DNA from: Octopus vulgaris
Taxonomy: Eukaryota
Direction: 5' to 3'
DNA length: 64,000 nt
NCBI GenBank assembly: GCA_951406725.2
Contig: OX597825.1
Location: forward strand, 67,518,001 to 67,582,000
Part shown: positions 43,391-58,510 of the stretch, piece by piece
Position numbering within the stretch: the first letter of the stretch is position 1
How the letters are laid out: each line of letters opens with the position of its first letter
The notes under the pieces: generated by a model
Databases searched by the model: none
Told to the model about the DNA's origin: nothing
Seen by the model: the letters and a program-made list of their open reading frames with translations, nothing else
Program-made: the position numbers and the translations under genes

Positions 43391-43538
43391 TTTTAATCCA
43401 TTCTTGTTGCTTTTTTTCCTATTTATAATCACCCCACTTGTCGTATGGCTAACACCATATAGATATCCGGTGCATCCTAGTTAAGGACCATATTCATGTG
43501 AATTCTTTAGAATTCACTAGAATCTCAATTACTTAACC

Positions 43539-43575
<37 letters not shown>

Positions 43576-43586
43576 TACATACATGC

Positions 43587-43632
<46 letters not shown>

Positions 43633-44284
43633 GTGTATGTATTTATGTATACATTCGCACATTATACAGGGTTCATGATTCTGCTTCTACAATCCGTTTG
43701 GATTGATACAACACAAATAATACATTGATAAGACCTTACACAGATTAAAAGAATTCAAATAGCCTTACACTTTATTCCATTTATCTCACCAAAACCGCAA
43801 GTCACAAAGTTTATGGAAAAACTTGAAACACTTTAAAATAAAAGAATTACTATCTTTCACACATAGAAAGCTACTAGAATATGCATCAGTATATCAAATG
43901 TTGATCTGCAAATGTAATCGTAATTGAAGTTCTCAATATAAACATTTCTGTACATAAAAAAAATGTGTTTTTAGGAAAAGCATTTTCAATTTGTTCCTTA
44001 CATCTCGTCTCTTGATTTTCCTGTGGTGTGTGTATAAAATATTACCAAAGAGATTTTTGGTTGAGTTCAAAGAATGCACCAGTTTAAAGAACTAAATACT
44101 AATACGGTCAAATATATACTACATATTGATAATGCATAATAACGCACAAAACTCTTAGTTGCGTAGCGCTTTAACAGATTCAGTTCAAAGACTCATTTTT
44201 CCAGTATCTCTCTCTCCTTTCGCACTCTCTCTCTCTATCTATCTATCTGCCTATCTAAAAAATCGCCAGCGGTACTCACGAGGT

Positions 44285-44329
<45 letters not shown>

Positions 44330-44332
44330 ATG

Positions 44333-44388
<56 letters not shown>

Positions 44389-44407
44389 TAAATATATATA
44401 CATATAG

Positions 44408-44476
<69 letters not shown>

Positions 44477-44480
<4 letters not shown>

Positions 44481-44690
44481 ACCTCGTGAGTACCGCTGGC
44501 GATTTTTTTTCCTCTGTCTTCCCTTCTCGGGATCTTTCCTTCTCCTATGTTTCCGACGAAGAGCTCCGCTCGAAACGTTAAACCCTCCTTTCCTTCTTTC
44601 CTTAGCGTCCAATAATACTTTATTCGTTCCACGTCCTCGCGTTGTTGTGTTTTTTTGTTTTTTTTTTTGTGTTTCTTGCTTGGATTAACT
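44477..44690 (+). mobile_element. short PLE-like element with minimal hammerhead-like motif (44549-44583)
   Basis: gttt CCGACGA a GAGC tcc GCTC GAAAC GTT aaac; (TA)n flanks. Confidence 0.65.
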
Positions 44691-44827
44691 ATATATATAT
44701 ATATATATATACATATAGATATAAATATATGTTTGTATATATATACATACATATATACATGTGTGGGAGTGGGTGTGTCGGTATGTCAAATTTACCGTTT
44801 CTTGTCTTTTTAATTTAATCCTGACAA

Positions 44828-44871
<44 letters not shown>

Positions 44872-44884
44872 GTATATATATGCG

Positions 44885-44928
<44 letters not shown>

Positions 44929-44941
44929 GTATATATATGCG

Positions 44942-44986
<45 letters not shown>

Positions 44987-45309
44987 CTCATACTTTATAC
45001 ATATAACCGTTTTACTGACGCTGCATAACTATCACACGTGTCTTACTCACAGTTTAAGGTTCCCTTTCTTCGGACAGTTACCGACAAACGGGAACGCAAA
45101 ACTCTGAGTAGCATTCCCGTGATAACTTTCCAGCTTCAGTAAAATGTATATTACTCTACCTTTAGTATTCGAGTACTATTTTTTCCCACCTTGTTTTCCA
45201 CTTATGTGCTCACCTTGTGTATATGGATGTGTGTGTATGTGTGCGCGCGTACGAACGCGCGCGTGTATATGTATGTGTATGTGTGTGTTGATGTTTAGGT
45301 GCATGTATA

Positions 45310-45533
45310 CTCTTTACTCTCTCTTACTCTTTTACTTGTTTCAGTCATTTGACTGCGGCCATGCTGGAGCACCGCCTTTAGTCGAGCAAATCGACCCCGG
45401 GACTTATTCTTTGTAAGCCCAGTACTTATTCTATCGGTCTCTTTTGCCGAACCGCTAAGTTACGGGAACGTAAACACACCAGCATCGGTTGTCAAGCAAT
45501 GCTAGAGGGACAAACACAGACACACAAACACAT

Positions 45534-45575
<42 letters not shown>

Positions 45576-45738
45576 GTCAGGCTTCTTTCAGTTTCCGTCT
45601 ACCAAATCCACTCACAAGGCATTGGTCGATCCGGGGCTATAGCAGAAGACACTTGCCCAAGATGCCACGCAGTGGAACTGAACCCGGAACCATGTGGTTG
45701 GTAAACAAGCTACTTACCACACAGCCACTCCTGCGCCT
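45310..45738 (-). mobile_element. SINE family A, full length, young
   Basis: Complete ggcgcaggagtggctgtgtgg head to aagtaaaagagtaa tail. Confidence 0.92.
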
Positions 45739-45797
45739 ATGTGGATAACTATAAAAGAACAATTTTCTTTCGACACAAAGTTCACCGAGTTTATGAT

Positions 45798-45827
45798 AAC
45801 AGCAACAACAACAACTACAACAACAAC

Positions 45828-45874
<47 letters not shown>

Positions 45875-45900
45875 TGATGATGATGATGATGATGATGATA
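45798..45900. repeat. compound trinucleotide repeat (ACA)n(ATA)n(ATG)n
   Basis: Direct reading. Confidence 0.95.
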
Positions 45901-46584
45901 AGACGAAGTAGAAATATTGATAGCGAATTACAGTTATAGGAACGAATATGAAAGAATATGATTTGCACTACCCAATAGGGTTTCTTTTCAATGGGCTTTT
46001 GCCATGGAAATAACGTAATAGATTTTGCGATTAATATTCATATGGCTTCTATAGAATATGGTAATTATTACTCATAAATCTTTGCATATTTAAGTGATAA
46101 TCATTGGGTTCCTTCATAATCTTAGCTTTCATAAGTAAAATATATATACGAAAGAATATGGTTTAACGTCTGAAGAGGTGAATAAGAAAAAATAATGGCT
46201 TAACGAAAGCAATTAAGACGAACATTGAACGGTTATTAAACATCAGAGGAGTGTGATTGAATTGAAAGAGTCCCAGCCGGATGTAATTAACGGAAGGTCT
46301 GAAATATGTAAGAATAAAGGAATACATAGTTAAGAGAATAGATAAAGGAAAATCAAACCAGAATATATAAGAAATAAAATGGTTCTTTGAATCGTTGTAG
46401 AATATGAAAGTAGAAAGGAGAAACCCTCTGACATAAATGGCAAGGTGGAACTTTAATAGAAATAACTCTGTAGTTAAAGACACATATTCAGAAAATGAAT
46501 TATCGAATTCCACCTATCGGTTGATTATTAAGATAGAACGTACGCGTATATATATATGTATATATACAAGCACGCACACATGCG

Positions 46585-46641
<57 letters not shown>

Positions 46642-46752
46642 CATATACTTTTTGTATTTTATATATATATATATATATATATACAAGCACGCACACTTGC
46701 GCACATATATATATATATATATATATATATCTGTACATATACTTTTTGTATT

Positions 46753-46801
<49 letters not shown>

Positions 46802-46804
46802 TGC

Positions 46805-46835
<31 letters not shown>

Positions 46836-46997
46836 TGCATATATATATATATATATATACATATATGTATATATATATATACATATATGTATATATTTAT
46901 TTATATACCTATATGTATATATATATACATATATGTATATATATATATATATATATACATATATGTATATAAATAAATGTATACATACATATATATT

Positions 46998-47061
<64 letters not shown>

Positions 47062-47092
47062 TATATTTATATATATATAAATAAATATATAT

Positions 47093-47470
47093 AAGAGTGG
47101 CTGTGTAGTAAGTAGGTTGCTTACCAACAACATGGTTCCGGGTTCAGTCTCACTGCGTAACACCTTGGGCAAATGTCTTCTACTATAGCTTCGGGCCGAC
47201 CAAAGCCTTGTCAGTGGATATGTTAGAGGGACACTGAAAGAAGCCTGTCGTATATATATATATATTTGTCTGTCTGTGTTTGTGCCCCACCCCCATCATC
47301 GCTTGACAACCGATGTTTGTGTGTTTACGTCTCCGTAATATAGTGGTTCGGCAAAAGAGTTCGATAGATTAAGTACTAGGCTTACAAAGAATAAGTCCTG
47401 GGGTCGGTTTGTTCGACTAAAAGTGGTGCTCCAGCATGGCTGCAGTCAAAATACTGAAAGAAATAAAAGA
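47093..47470 (+). mobile_element. SINE family A
   Basis: Matches family A. Confidence 0.85.
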
Positions 47471-47491
47471 ATATATATTTACATATGTATA

Positions 47492-48215
47492 CAGGGGTTG
47501 GACAAAATAATAGAAACACCTTAAAATTTCAATCCCATTTATTTTATATATGGGGTAGGACCGCCTTTGGCAGTAATTACAGCTTGAATTCTACACAATA
47601 TGGACTTGTACAAAGTTTGAATTGTTTCTAAAGGAATTTTTGTCTATTCTTCAGCTAAAACAGTCTCTAGTTTTTGTATTGAAGATGGTGGAGGATATGA
47701 ACTCCTTACTTATTTTCCTAAAATGCACCATAAATGTTCAATAATATTGAGATCTGGGGACTGACCAGAAAGGATGTTCCACCAGAATGTTCCTCGTGCC
47801 ATTCAGTAACAACTTTAGCTCTGTGAATTGGTGCATTACCATCCTGAAAGATTGCTTTTCCCTCTGGAAACAGTTCCGCAACCATAGGATGAATTTGATC
47901 AGATAAAATGCTTAAATAGTCTTCACTATAAATTCTGCCATGAAGGAAAAACATTGGGCCGACTGATTTCCAAGACATACCCCCTGCCCCCCAACCCCGG
48001 ACATCACAGATGCTCCTCCATATTTGAGAGTTGCAAGAGGACAACCTGGGTCATTTGCTTCTTTTGGTTGTCTCCATACGTATACTCGGTCAGTTGTCGG
48101 AAATAAGGTAAAGGATGACGTGTCCGAGAAAATAACTTTCATGTACTGCTCTAGGGGCCAATTCTGTAGGTTTTTACTCCACTCTAAATGCTTTGCAACT
48201 TTTGTTAGATTTAGT
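47492..48215 (-). mobile_element. Tc1-family transposon remnant
   Basis: ta|caggggttggacaaaataa TIR-like end; frameshifted transposase W..VIFSD.SSF...VWRQP, FQDGNAPIH. Confidence 0.88.
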
Positions 48216-49168
48216 GTTCCACGTAGGCACGTCTCCCCATTATGGATGTTTGGGCCCCTGGAATAGGTGTTCCACATGTTCAACTACAACGAATCATTAG
48301 GGAACACTTTACTATATTAAGCTGCATATAACTATGTCCTTATTTTTTCTCCTTAATTTGCTTTGTAGTTTAGTCCAAACACACTATACAGTGTTTTCAG
48401 GGTTAAATTTTCAGTTTGAATAAAAACAAAAGAATATACAATATTCCTTCCTGACTAATGTATTGCTACGATAGGTGTTGCATTTTATCCTCTGTGGTTT
48501 GATGCTTGTAGTTAATGCTAGTGATGTATGCAAGTAAGATACCTCCGGTAGTTGTATTACTGCGGTAGAAAGGTAACGAATAACAAAGAGAAAAATTATC
48601 GGTTTGTGTGAAAGATGTATGCAATCTATCACCAGAGCGAAAGCCGTTATAGTTATAGTGGAGCATTAGAACGGATTAAATAACGTATTTATGTAATGTG
48701 TTTCTAAATGCCTCATTTACAAACCTTTTGCCGCTCTTTCTCACTGAAGTTTTATACAATTTCTATAGTTGAAAGCCTTTCGATACCTGAAGTCATTCTG
48801 AGTCTACTTTTGGAGATAATGTGTTTGAAATATTACAGGTATAAGATAACCTTGACTTGTCACCAAAGTCATTTAAGAAAAAATCGTTTCTTTGCTAAAT
48901 ATCGGGTAACGAAACGCATTTGTGATACATACAACTATATTTATCGCATGGAAAATCTTTCATATGAATACATCACAAGTTTTTAATTCATTCACTGCAG
49001 AGCTGTATTTTAAATTGTATTCTGAGGTGCATTTAATCAATCCTTCACTTTTTCATATACTTAAAAGATAATATTCAGTTATTTTTGCGAAGACATTAGG
49101 GAATTTATTTGAACAAATCAATCCCAAATTGCAACACACAAACACACAGATACGTATGTACATATCTG

Positions 49169-49206
<38 letters not shown>

Positions 49207-49342
49207 ACATACATATATATACAACTATAAGACACACACACATATATATTTATATACATATATATATATATATATGTATATGTGTATATATATATGTGTA
49301 TATGTATATATACATATGTATATGTGTATATATATATGTGTG

Positions 49343-49398
<56 letters not shown>

Positions 49399-50184
49399 TG
49401 TAAATGCCTGTAAGGGTATGTATATATATGCATGCATACTTGCACACGTATGTATGTGTATAGAGTAATAATGAAGCTCAATGCAGGCAGCTAGTTAACT
49501 GAAAGTTGAAAAATGACTACATCACATCTTTGTGTGATTTTTTTTATGTTTCGCTCTCGGCACAACGAATAATCACACATATTTCGTACCTTTTTATAAT
49601 TAATGAAATTCCTAATGAAATTTTTGCTTACTTCTCAAATTTTTAGAAGAAAAAATCCATGTGTCTAAGTAAAAGCTGCATTGTAATATGATGATGATAT
49701 ATATACATATATATATATGTAAATACATACCCTGCTGTAATTTCTGGAAAGCTTATCACTCATCGCACGAAAGAACCATAGAATTGCTAACGATAATTGC
49801 TAAGAAATAATTAAAAGAATATACTTTTTTATTAAATCTAAAAAGAAAAATGTTATTCCATGCATTTTCCTTAAGAACTAATTTCTGGTTGTGTTGCTTA
49901 ATTACCATTAATTCTTTTTGGAAAGGCGACGGTAGTTTCAAACGTTTTAAATATGCCCATCAGATATTTCTCTGTTTCAATTTACAATATGTACAAAACT
50001 GCGCAATATGTCTAATTATTTAAATCCACTTTCTCACTTGCCATCCAGGTGTGTCCAATATATTTTTTTTCTGAAGCTATTGTAATATAGAGTTAATTCT
50101 TCTACGAAGACAAAGACTACATAGATTGGAGGTAGGAACATATTTTGAGCTCTTTCATCGGGCATTCATTTATTTCATCGTTTA

Positions 50185-50461
50185 TTTCTTATCTTTTGCT
50201 TGTTTCAGTCATTGGATTGCGGCCATGGTGGGACACTGCCGTGCAGAACTTATACTCGAATGAATCGACACCAATATTTCTTTAAGCCTGATACTTATTT
50301 TATAGTTTATAGTTCTTTTATGCCGAACTGTTAAGTTACGGAAACGTAAACACCGGTTAACAAGCAGTGGTGTTGGATCTACACAGACATATGGACAAAC
50401 ACACACATATATGCACAAACACGCAGACACACATACTCACACACATATATGTGTGTATGTA

Positions 50462-50497
<36 letters not shown>

Positions 50498-50650
50498 CGA
50501 CGGGCTTCTTTCAGTTTCCGTTTACCAAATGCAATCACAAGGATTTGGTCGGCCCGATGCTATAATAGAGGACATGTTCCCAAAGTGCTACGCAGTGTAA
50601 CTGAACCCGGAGCCATGTGGTTGGGAAGCATGCTTCTTATCACACTGACA
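50185..50650 (-). mobile_element. SINE family A, older copy
   Basis: Diverged family A. Confidence 0.75.
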
Positions 50651-51092
50651 CAAAACATTAGCTTTGATAGATCTTCGATTTTATGTTGTATTTTTCAGTC
50701 AACAACACCAATGTAGTTTACTGATCGTTGTTTTCTATTGGGATGTAGTATTCTCTAAAACATAACATCTAATACATCCTGTTGTTCAACACGATACAAG
50801 CGGTCGACAACCCTACAATGCGTTAAGCAATAATAGTAGAGATGAGTTAAATATGTCCATAAATCTCATTACGTTCATAAAATGAAATGTTTTGAGTCCT
50901 AATAGCAAGCCTTCTATGTGTACCATCAATGCCATCGTAAAACTCTCTCTTTAGAGTCCAAAATTCAGCTCCGTAAACGAGAACGTTCTCTGCACATGTC
51001 TAGAAGAAGGCAAAAATTGTATTAACACAATAATAGTGTCCCAAACAGGATTGACTTGCGCCTCTGTATGAATACAGAGTGGTGACGTGTGT

Positions 51093-51147
<55 letters not shown>

Positions 51148-51153
<6 letters not shown>

Positions 51154-51470
51154 CTTGGGCAAGTGTCTTCTGCTATAGCCCCGGGCCGACCAATGCCTTG
51201 TGAGTGGATTTGGTAGACGGAAACTGAAAGAAGCCTGTCGTATATATGTATATATGTGTATGTGTGTGTGTTTGGCCCCCTATCATTGCTTGACAACCAA
51301 TGCTGGTGTGTTTACGTCCCCGTCACTTAGCGGTTCGGCAAAAGAGCCCGATAGAATAAGTACTGGGCTTACAAAGAATAAGTCCCGGGGTCGATTTGCT
51401 CGACTAAAGACGTTGCTCCAGCATGGCTGCAGTCAAATGACTGAAACAAGTAAAAGAGTAAAAGAGAGAG
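51148..51470 (+). mobile_element. SINE family A, 5'-truncated
   Basis: Begins at ggcatcttgggcaagtgtc directly after (TA)n. Confidence 0.85.
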
Positions 51471-51489
51471 TATATGCATATATATACAC

Positions 51490-51554
<65 letters not shown>

Positions 51555-51855
51555 AATATATATGTATATATATATACATAAGTATATATATGTACATATA
51601 TGGATATATACTTAAATTTCAATCGATCGAAAGCTTTTGAAATAAAATTGAAATGAAATGAAAATTCTGTCTCTGCATATCTATCCATCTATCTATATAT
51701 ATATGCAAAGGTAATATATATGTATATATATACACATGTATATATATATATATATATATATATATTTACATAATATATATACATGTATATACATATGCAT
51801 ATATATATATATATATATATACATATATATTACCTTTGCAGATATATATATATGT

Positions 51856-51988
<133 letters not shown>

Positions 51989-52574
51989 AAGGTAGATAGG
52001 TAGAGAGAAAGGTAGATAGATAGATATGCAGAGACAGAATTTTCATTTCATTTCAATTTTATTTCAAAAGCTTTCGATCGATTGAAATTTAAGTATATAT
52101 CCATACATGTACATATATATACTTATATAATTGTTTGAAATTTATTAAATTTACAAAATTCGTGATGCAAAAGATATTCTAGAATCCTACAAATTGTACA
52201 CATATTGGCACCAACTCTTTTATTCTATCATTATGTCCTTCCGTATTCTTAGCTATCAAACTTTAAAATAAAAATACGAATTGCAATATAAAACAAATAT
52301 TGTATCAGTATCCCCTCCACATCGGTAATTATTTCATAAATATTTGTTCAGCAACATTGCTTACGTAGAGATATATTTATTTTAATCCTTCTTCGATTTA
52401 CGCACAATGCTGCTCACAGTGACTAAAAGAATTCCAATATACATATTTACTTTTGTAGAAATTCGTTTGGATCCATTGATGTAGCTAAGATTACACTAAT
52501 TTCAAACACGCAGTCGCACACTCATACACAGATATATCCATTTTTGTATGAGTTTGCATATATATCAATAGCCA

Positions 52575-52612
<38 letters not shown>

Positions 52613-52674
52613 CGTATACTAGTATATATATATATAGGTATACTAATACATATACGTAAACAAATATATATATG

Positions 52675-52717
<43 letters not shown>

Positions 52718-52850
52718 GTATACTAATATATATGTATAGGTAGGTAGGTAGGTAGATAGATAGATAGATTGATAGAAATAGATATAGATTCGTGTGTATA
52801 TCTGTATATATATCCGTAAATGTAATATGTGACAATTATTCGGTAGCCAT

Positions 52851-52911
52851 GATAAAACTCCGAGGTTCGGATGCCGATGTGGAAATCCACGCCGCCATCT
52901 CTTCAGTTATC
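52851..52911 (-). ncRNA. type I hammerhead motif with one core mutation
   Basis: - strand: gataa CTGAAGA GATG...CATC c GAACC TCGGA GTT ttatc; 5 bp stem I. Confidence 0.6.
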
Positions 52912-54017
52912 CGGCCATCGGAAAAATACTATGAAAAATGACCGTTATACAAAGGGAAATTACTGTGTGATTGACCGTTATTAAAACAAAAGAGCTATTT
53001 GAATGACCGCTAAGTGAGGAGAGGGAGTAAAAGTAAGAAGGTAAAAAAGTCCATAGTATTCGCGTGAGCGCAAATGTTCATACCTTCATATGCGCGCCCG
53101 CACACCAACGTGCATGCGCCTAAAAGTATACACTCATCCACCCTCACTTGAAACATACACATCCTCCCCCGCACCATTCGACAAATATATCTATATATAT
53201 TTACAAAAAACCACACACACACGCGCGCACCATAAAGGTTCATACACACGTCTATATACGCACAAGCAGAAGAAAAAACAGGGCTAAGGGTAACAATACA
53301 GAAAAAAGGTTAAGGGAGTATACAAGGAGTATACTCTTTACGTAAATAGGCGTGTGTGTGTGCGTGCATACGGGTATGTGCGTATATAAATGTGGTTTAC
53401 TCTTTTCTTCTTCCATCTTCCTCTAATTTCTTTTTCCTCCCCTTCCCCATTTTCTATCTGTCTCTGTCTCTCGTTGCTCACACGTGACCATCGTCCATCT
53501 TCCTTTTCCTCACTTGACTATCTTTCTTTTCCTCCACGGATGTTGAAAGGACAGGATGTTTTCTTTCGCTCTTCTATCTTTTCTCTTTTCAAAGAAAATA
53601 TTTCTCCTAGCGTTCACTAATTTCCTCGCGTTCGGTTTCCATTTATGTCTCATTTCTCCTGTTTTTGTTCCCAACTTTTGCCCTCAAGAAATCCTAAATT
53701 TTTAAAGAATTTATGGAAGCAACTGACTTTGAAAACTCATATTGTCGTTGAATGCTCAAAATGAGAAGTAGATAGACAGCCGACAACTCATGAAGTGTCG
53801 CTCTCTCTGGTTACTTTCCTGTTTTCCATTTCTTCCCTTTTTGTTTGCGTATTTAACTCGTTTGTTTTCGTATTTCATGCTGGCTGCACATTTAGTGACG
53901 TCATGTACACACACACACATATACATGCATATAAATACAAGTATATATATATGTAAGTATAAATATATATGTATATATACATATGTGTGTGTCTATATGT
54001 ATATGTGTGTATGTATG

Positions 54018-54057
<40 letters not shown>

Positions 54058-54222
54058 CATTCAAACATATAAGGGATGGCTATATATATATGCATATACA
54101 TTCAAACATATAAGGGATGGCTATAATAGGACATCCGACTCACTAGAAAGTGCAGCTAAACTCCAAACCACTAATAGTTGTTATTCTGAAATGGAAACAG
54201 AAATAAAACGTTTACCCTCTCG

Positions 54223-54315
54223 TTTCTGGACTATGCATAGTTTCGGCACTCTTTTGTAAATAAATTAAATTAAATTAAATTTATTTACCACTGGCGTTGC
54301 ACTCATCAGCAGAAA
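54223..54315 (-). ncRNA. type I hammerhead ribozyme, canonical, in short PLE 3' remnant (~54050-54510)
   Basis: - strand: tttctg CTGATGA G...C GAAAC TATGCATA GTC cagaaa; 6 bp stem I, 12 nt palindromic stem III, GUC triplet, AT-rich hairpin in stem II. Confidence 0.88.
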
Positions 54316-54518
54316 AGCCAAGGACTACCATATATTCACGAGGCGATAACGAGCATGTCTCGAGTCTATATGCTATAAATTTTCAAAATCCACCGCATTC
54401 GTGCGGTTTTCTCAGCAGTAAATATAAACTGCCGATTTAATTTCAAAATTAGCCAAAAAATCAGCGGAGAATTTTTCTAGAATTTTTTGCTACCCTTAAA
54501 TTTATTAATTATTATATA

Positions 54519-54822
<304 letters not shown>

Positions 54823-54990
54823 TAGGGAATAAATCCAAATTTACAGGGGAAAAAATCAGATTTAGGATTAAATCCAATTTTATAGTAAAATATTATATAA
54901 TATTAATTAGAGACAAAACCACTATTTTGCAAAACAAACAAGGAAAGACTTAATCAATACATAAAATTTTAATAAAAAGTAAAAAAACCG

Positions 54991-55034
54991 CCACTACAAT
55001 TGTTTCATGTCTTCAAATGACAATCTTCAGGTGG
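54991..55034 (-). ncRNA. type I hammerhead ribozyme
   Basis: Reverse complement of 58511-58554. Confidence 0.85.
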
Positions 55035-58000
55035 ATTTCCGATCTAAAATATCAATATTTTAAAATATAAGTTTAAAACATAATTTTAAAATAATAAAAG
55101 TATCAATGAAAAATATAAATATATAATCTATATATAACCTATATATAATCCATATATAATCAATATATAATCTAAAATAAACCCTATCAACAATTAAATA
55201 TAAAACAAAATAAAAATAAACTATATATACACACATACGCATACACATATAACTAAGTATATATAACCATATCTAAATACATACACTAACTCACACACCT
55301 ATATATATATCCCTATACATACACATAAAAACGTCTAGGCAACGATAAATAAATAAAATAGCCAAATACTTCAACACATTACTTATTCATACTCCCTCAA
55401 CACACATACAACAACCCACATTCATAAACAATATACATATACCCGCTCACACATACATATACATACATACAGAACTCGATATATACACCAATATATTCAC
55501 ACCCACATCTATACAGATAAATAAATTACGCAAACAATCACACACACACATTCACACATACATAAACACTCAAAAGAAAAATAAACAATTCTTTGCACGT
55601 GGTGATCGAACGTTTTTGTTTTTTTTTAAATTATGAATGGAATAATATATAATCAACGTAAATATACAGAATTTACTCCAAATCATGAATAAACCATCAT
55701 GATAAATGAAACCCATATATACATATAATGATAAAACTCCCTTTACCATACACAATTATACCTATATAGCAATCTCCATATATACATTCACACACAAATA
55801 CACATACGTAAAACACACACACACAACATATACATATACCCCCTCACATATACATATACATACGTACTTAACTCGATATATACAACAATATGTTCACACC
55901 CACACTCATACAGATAAATAAATTACACAACCAAAATACGCACACACACACATTCACACATACATAAACACACAAAAGAAAAACAACATTACTACACATA
56001 ATACGATATATAAAATACTTCATAAGTAACCAGAATATCATAAGTAACACGATTAACATAAGGAGAAAAAAATATACATACTTTCAAATCAGTTTCAATT
56101 TATGAAGTGAAATTAAACTCTAGCCGTTATAACGTCAAACAAAATTACGTTACCATAGGAACCTAACATATGTATAAAAAGTCTTCGCGCTTTGTAAACG
56201 AACGTCATTTAAAATTATGAATGGAACAAATGGAATTAAAAATTCTTTGCGCGTGGTAAACGAACATTACTTAAAAATTATGAATGGAATAATGTAATAA
56301 AATAACAAACATCTTAAATAGACATAAATTACAACAAATTCTTTAATAAAACTACCATGATAAACTAAAACTCATAAATACATATAATGATAAAACCTCC
56401 TTTACTAAACACTATAACATACCTATATAGCAATCCCCCTAACCTATACATTCACACACAAATACACACACGTAAACCACACACCCACGACATATACAAA
56501 TACCCACCCACTCACACATACCTATACATACGTATAAACCTCGATATATACACCAAAAATTCACTCCCACACCCATACAGATAAATAAACATATACATCC
56601 TTAAGAATGGGTGCAATCTCACGCACATCAATCATGCATGTATACAAGTGCATACACACGCACACACTTTTACGTAGCACCATGCACTCCCACAACTACA
56701 CATGCACTTATACACGCGCACACATGCACACACACCCATGCAACATACATATTCACGGACACTCTTCTAGACATCCAAATATACGTATAAATGGCTACAA
56801 AACAATACCCAATAAAAAAACTACCATGAACAACAAACCAAGCTATAATGCATGGGGACTAAAATACCAAAAAATTTTAAATAAAATAATCATGATAAAT
56901 GAAATCCATACATACAAATATAAAGATAAAACCCCTTACCAAAACACAATACACACAAATACACACACATATATACACACACCCACAAACAAGGATATAA
57001 ACATATACACACTCTCACAAACATATACATACGTACAAACCTCGATATATACACCAATATATTCATTCCCACACTCAATAAATTATTAAATAAATACATA
57101 TACAAACATAAACATATATATATATATAAAAATATATATATATATATATACATTCACACATATCATCACATACACATATATATAAAAAACAGTCATTCAA
57201 AAAAGTAAATAAATATTAATATATTTATATTTATATATGAGTGTGTACACGCAGACGGGTGCAAGCACACGCACATTCTAAACATTCATGTATACAAGTG
57301 CATAAATAATCCCACTCAATTACATAGCACTCATACACTCCCGCATCTACACTTGCACTTGTACACACGCACACATGCATACACACCCATATCTACATAT
57401 TCACGGACAATCTCCTAAATATCTAAATAAACGTATATTATAACAGACAATGATTTGAAAGTATGTATATTTTTTTCTCCTTATGTTAATCTTGTTACTT
57501 ATGATATTCTGGTTACTTATGAAGTATTTTATATATCGTATTATGTGTAGTAATGTTGTTTTTCTTTTGTGTGTTTATGTATGTGTGAATGTGTGTGTGT
57601 GTGCGTATTTTGGTTGTGTAATTTATTTATCTGTATGAGTGTGGGTGTGAACATATTGTTGTATATATCGAGTTAAGTACGTATGTATATGTATATGTGA
57701 GGGGGTATATGTATATGTTGTGTGTGTGTGTTTTACGTATGTGTATTTGTGTGTGAATGTATATATGGAGATTGCTATATAGGTATAATTGTGTATGGTA
57801 AAGGGAGTTTTATCATTATATGTATATATGGGTTTCATTTATCATGATGGTTTATTAATGATTTGGAGTAAATTCTGTATATTTACGTTGATTATATATT
57901 ATTCCATTCATAATTTAAAAAAAACGTTCGATCACCACGTGCAAAGAATTGTTTATTTTTCTTTTGAGTGTTTATGTATGTGTGAATGTGTGTGAATGTG

Positions 58001-58510
58001 CGTGTGTGATTGTGTGCGCAATTTATTTATCTGTATAGATGTGGGTGTGAATATATTGGTGTATATATCGAGTTCTGTATGTATGTATATGTATGTGTGA
58101 GCGGGTCTTTGTATATTGTTTATGAATGTGGGTTGTATGTGTGTGTGAGGGAGTATGAATAAGTAATGTGTTGAAGTATTTGGCTATTTTATTTATTTAT
58201 CGTTGCCTAGACGTTTTTATGTGTATGTATAGGGATATATATATAGGTGTGTGAGTTAGTGTATCTATTTAGATATGGTTATATATACTTAGTTATATGT
58301 GTATGCGTATGTGTGTATATATAGTTTATTTTTATTTTGTTTTATATTTAATTGTTGATAGGATTTATTTTAGATTATATATTGATTATATGTGGATTAT
58401 ATATAGGTTATATATAGATTATATATTTATATTTTTCATTGATACTTTTATTATTTTAAAATTATTTTTTAAACTTATAATTTAAAATATTGATATTTTA
58501 GATCGGAAAT

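Larger units (their letters stand above)
40970..43520 (+). mobile_element. Penelope-like element lacking RT: Asn-rich region, GIY-YIG endonuclease, long 3' UTR, hammerhead
   Basis: Bounded by (TA)n on both sides; GIY-YIG ORF; canonical HHR about 130 nt from the 3' end; 5' ataggaaaaaa is inverted relative to ttttttcctat near 43412. Confidence 0.85.
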
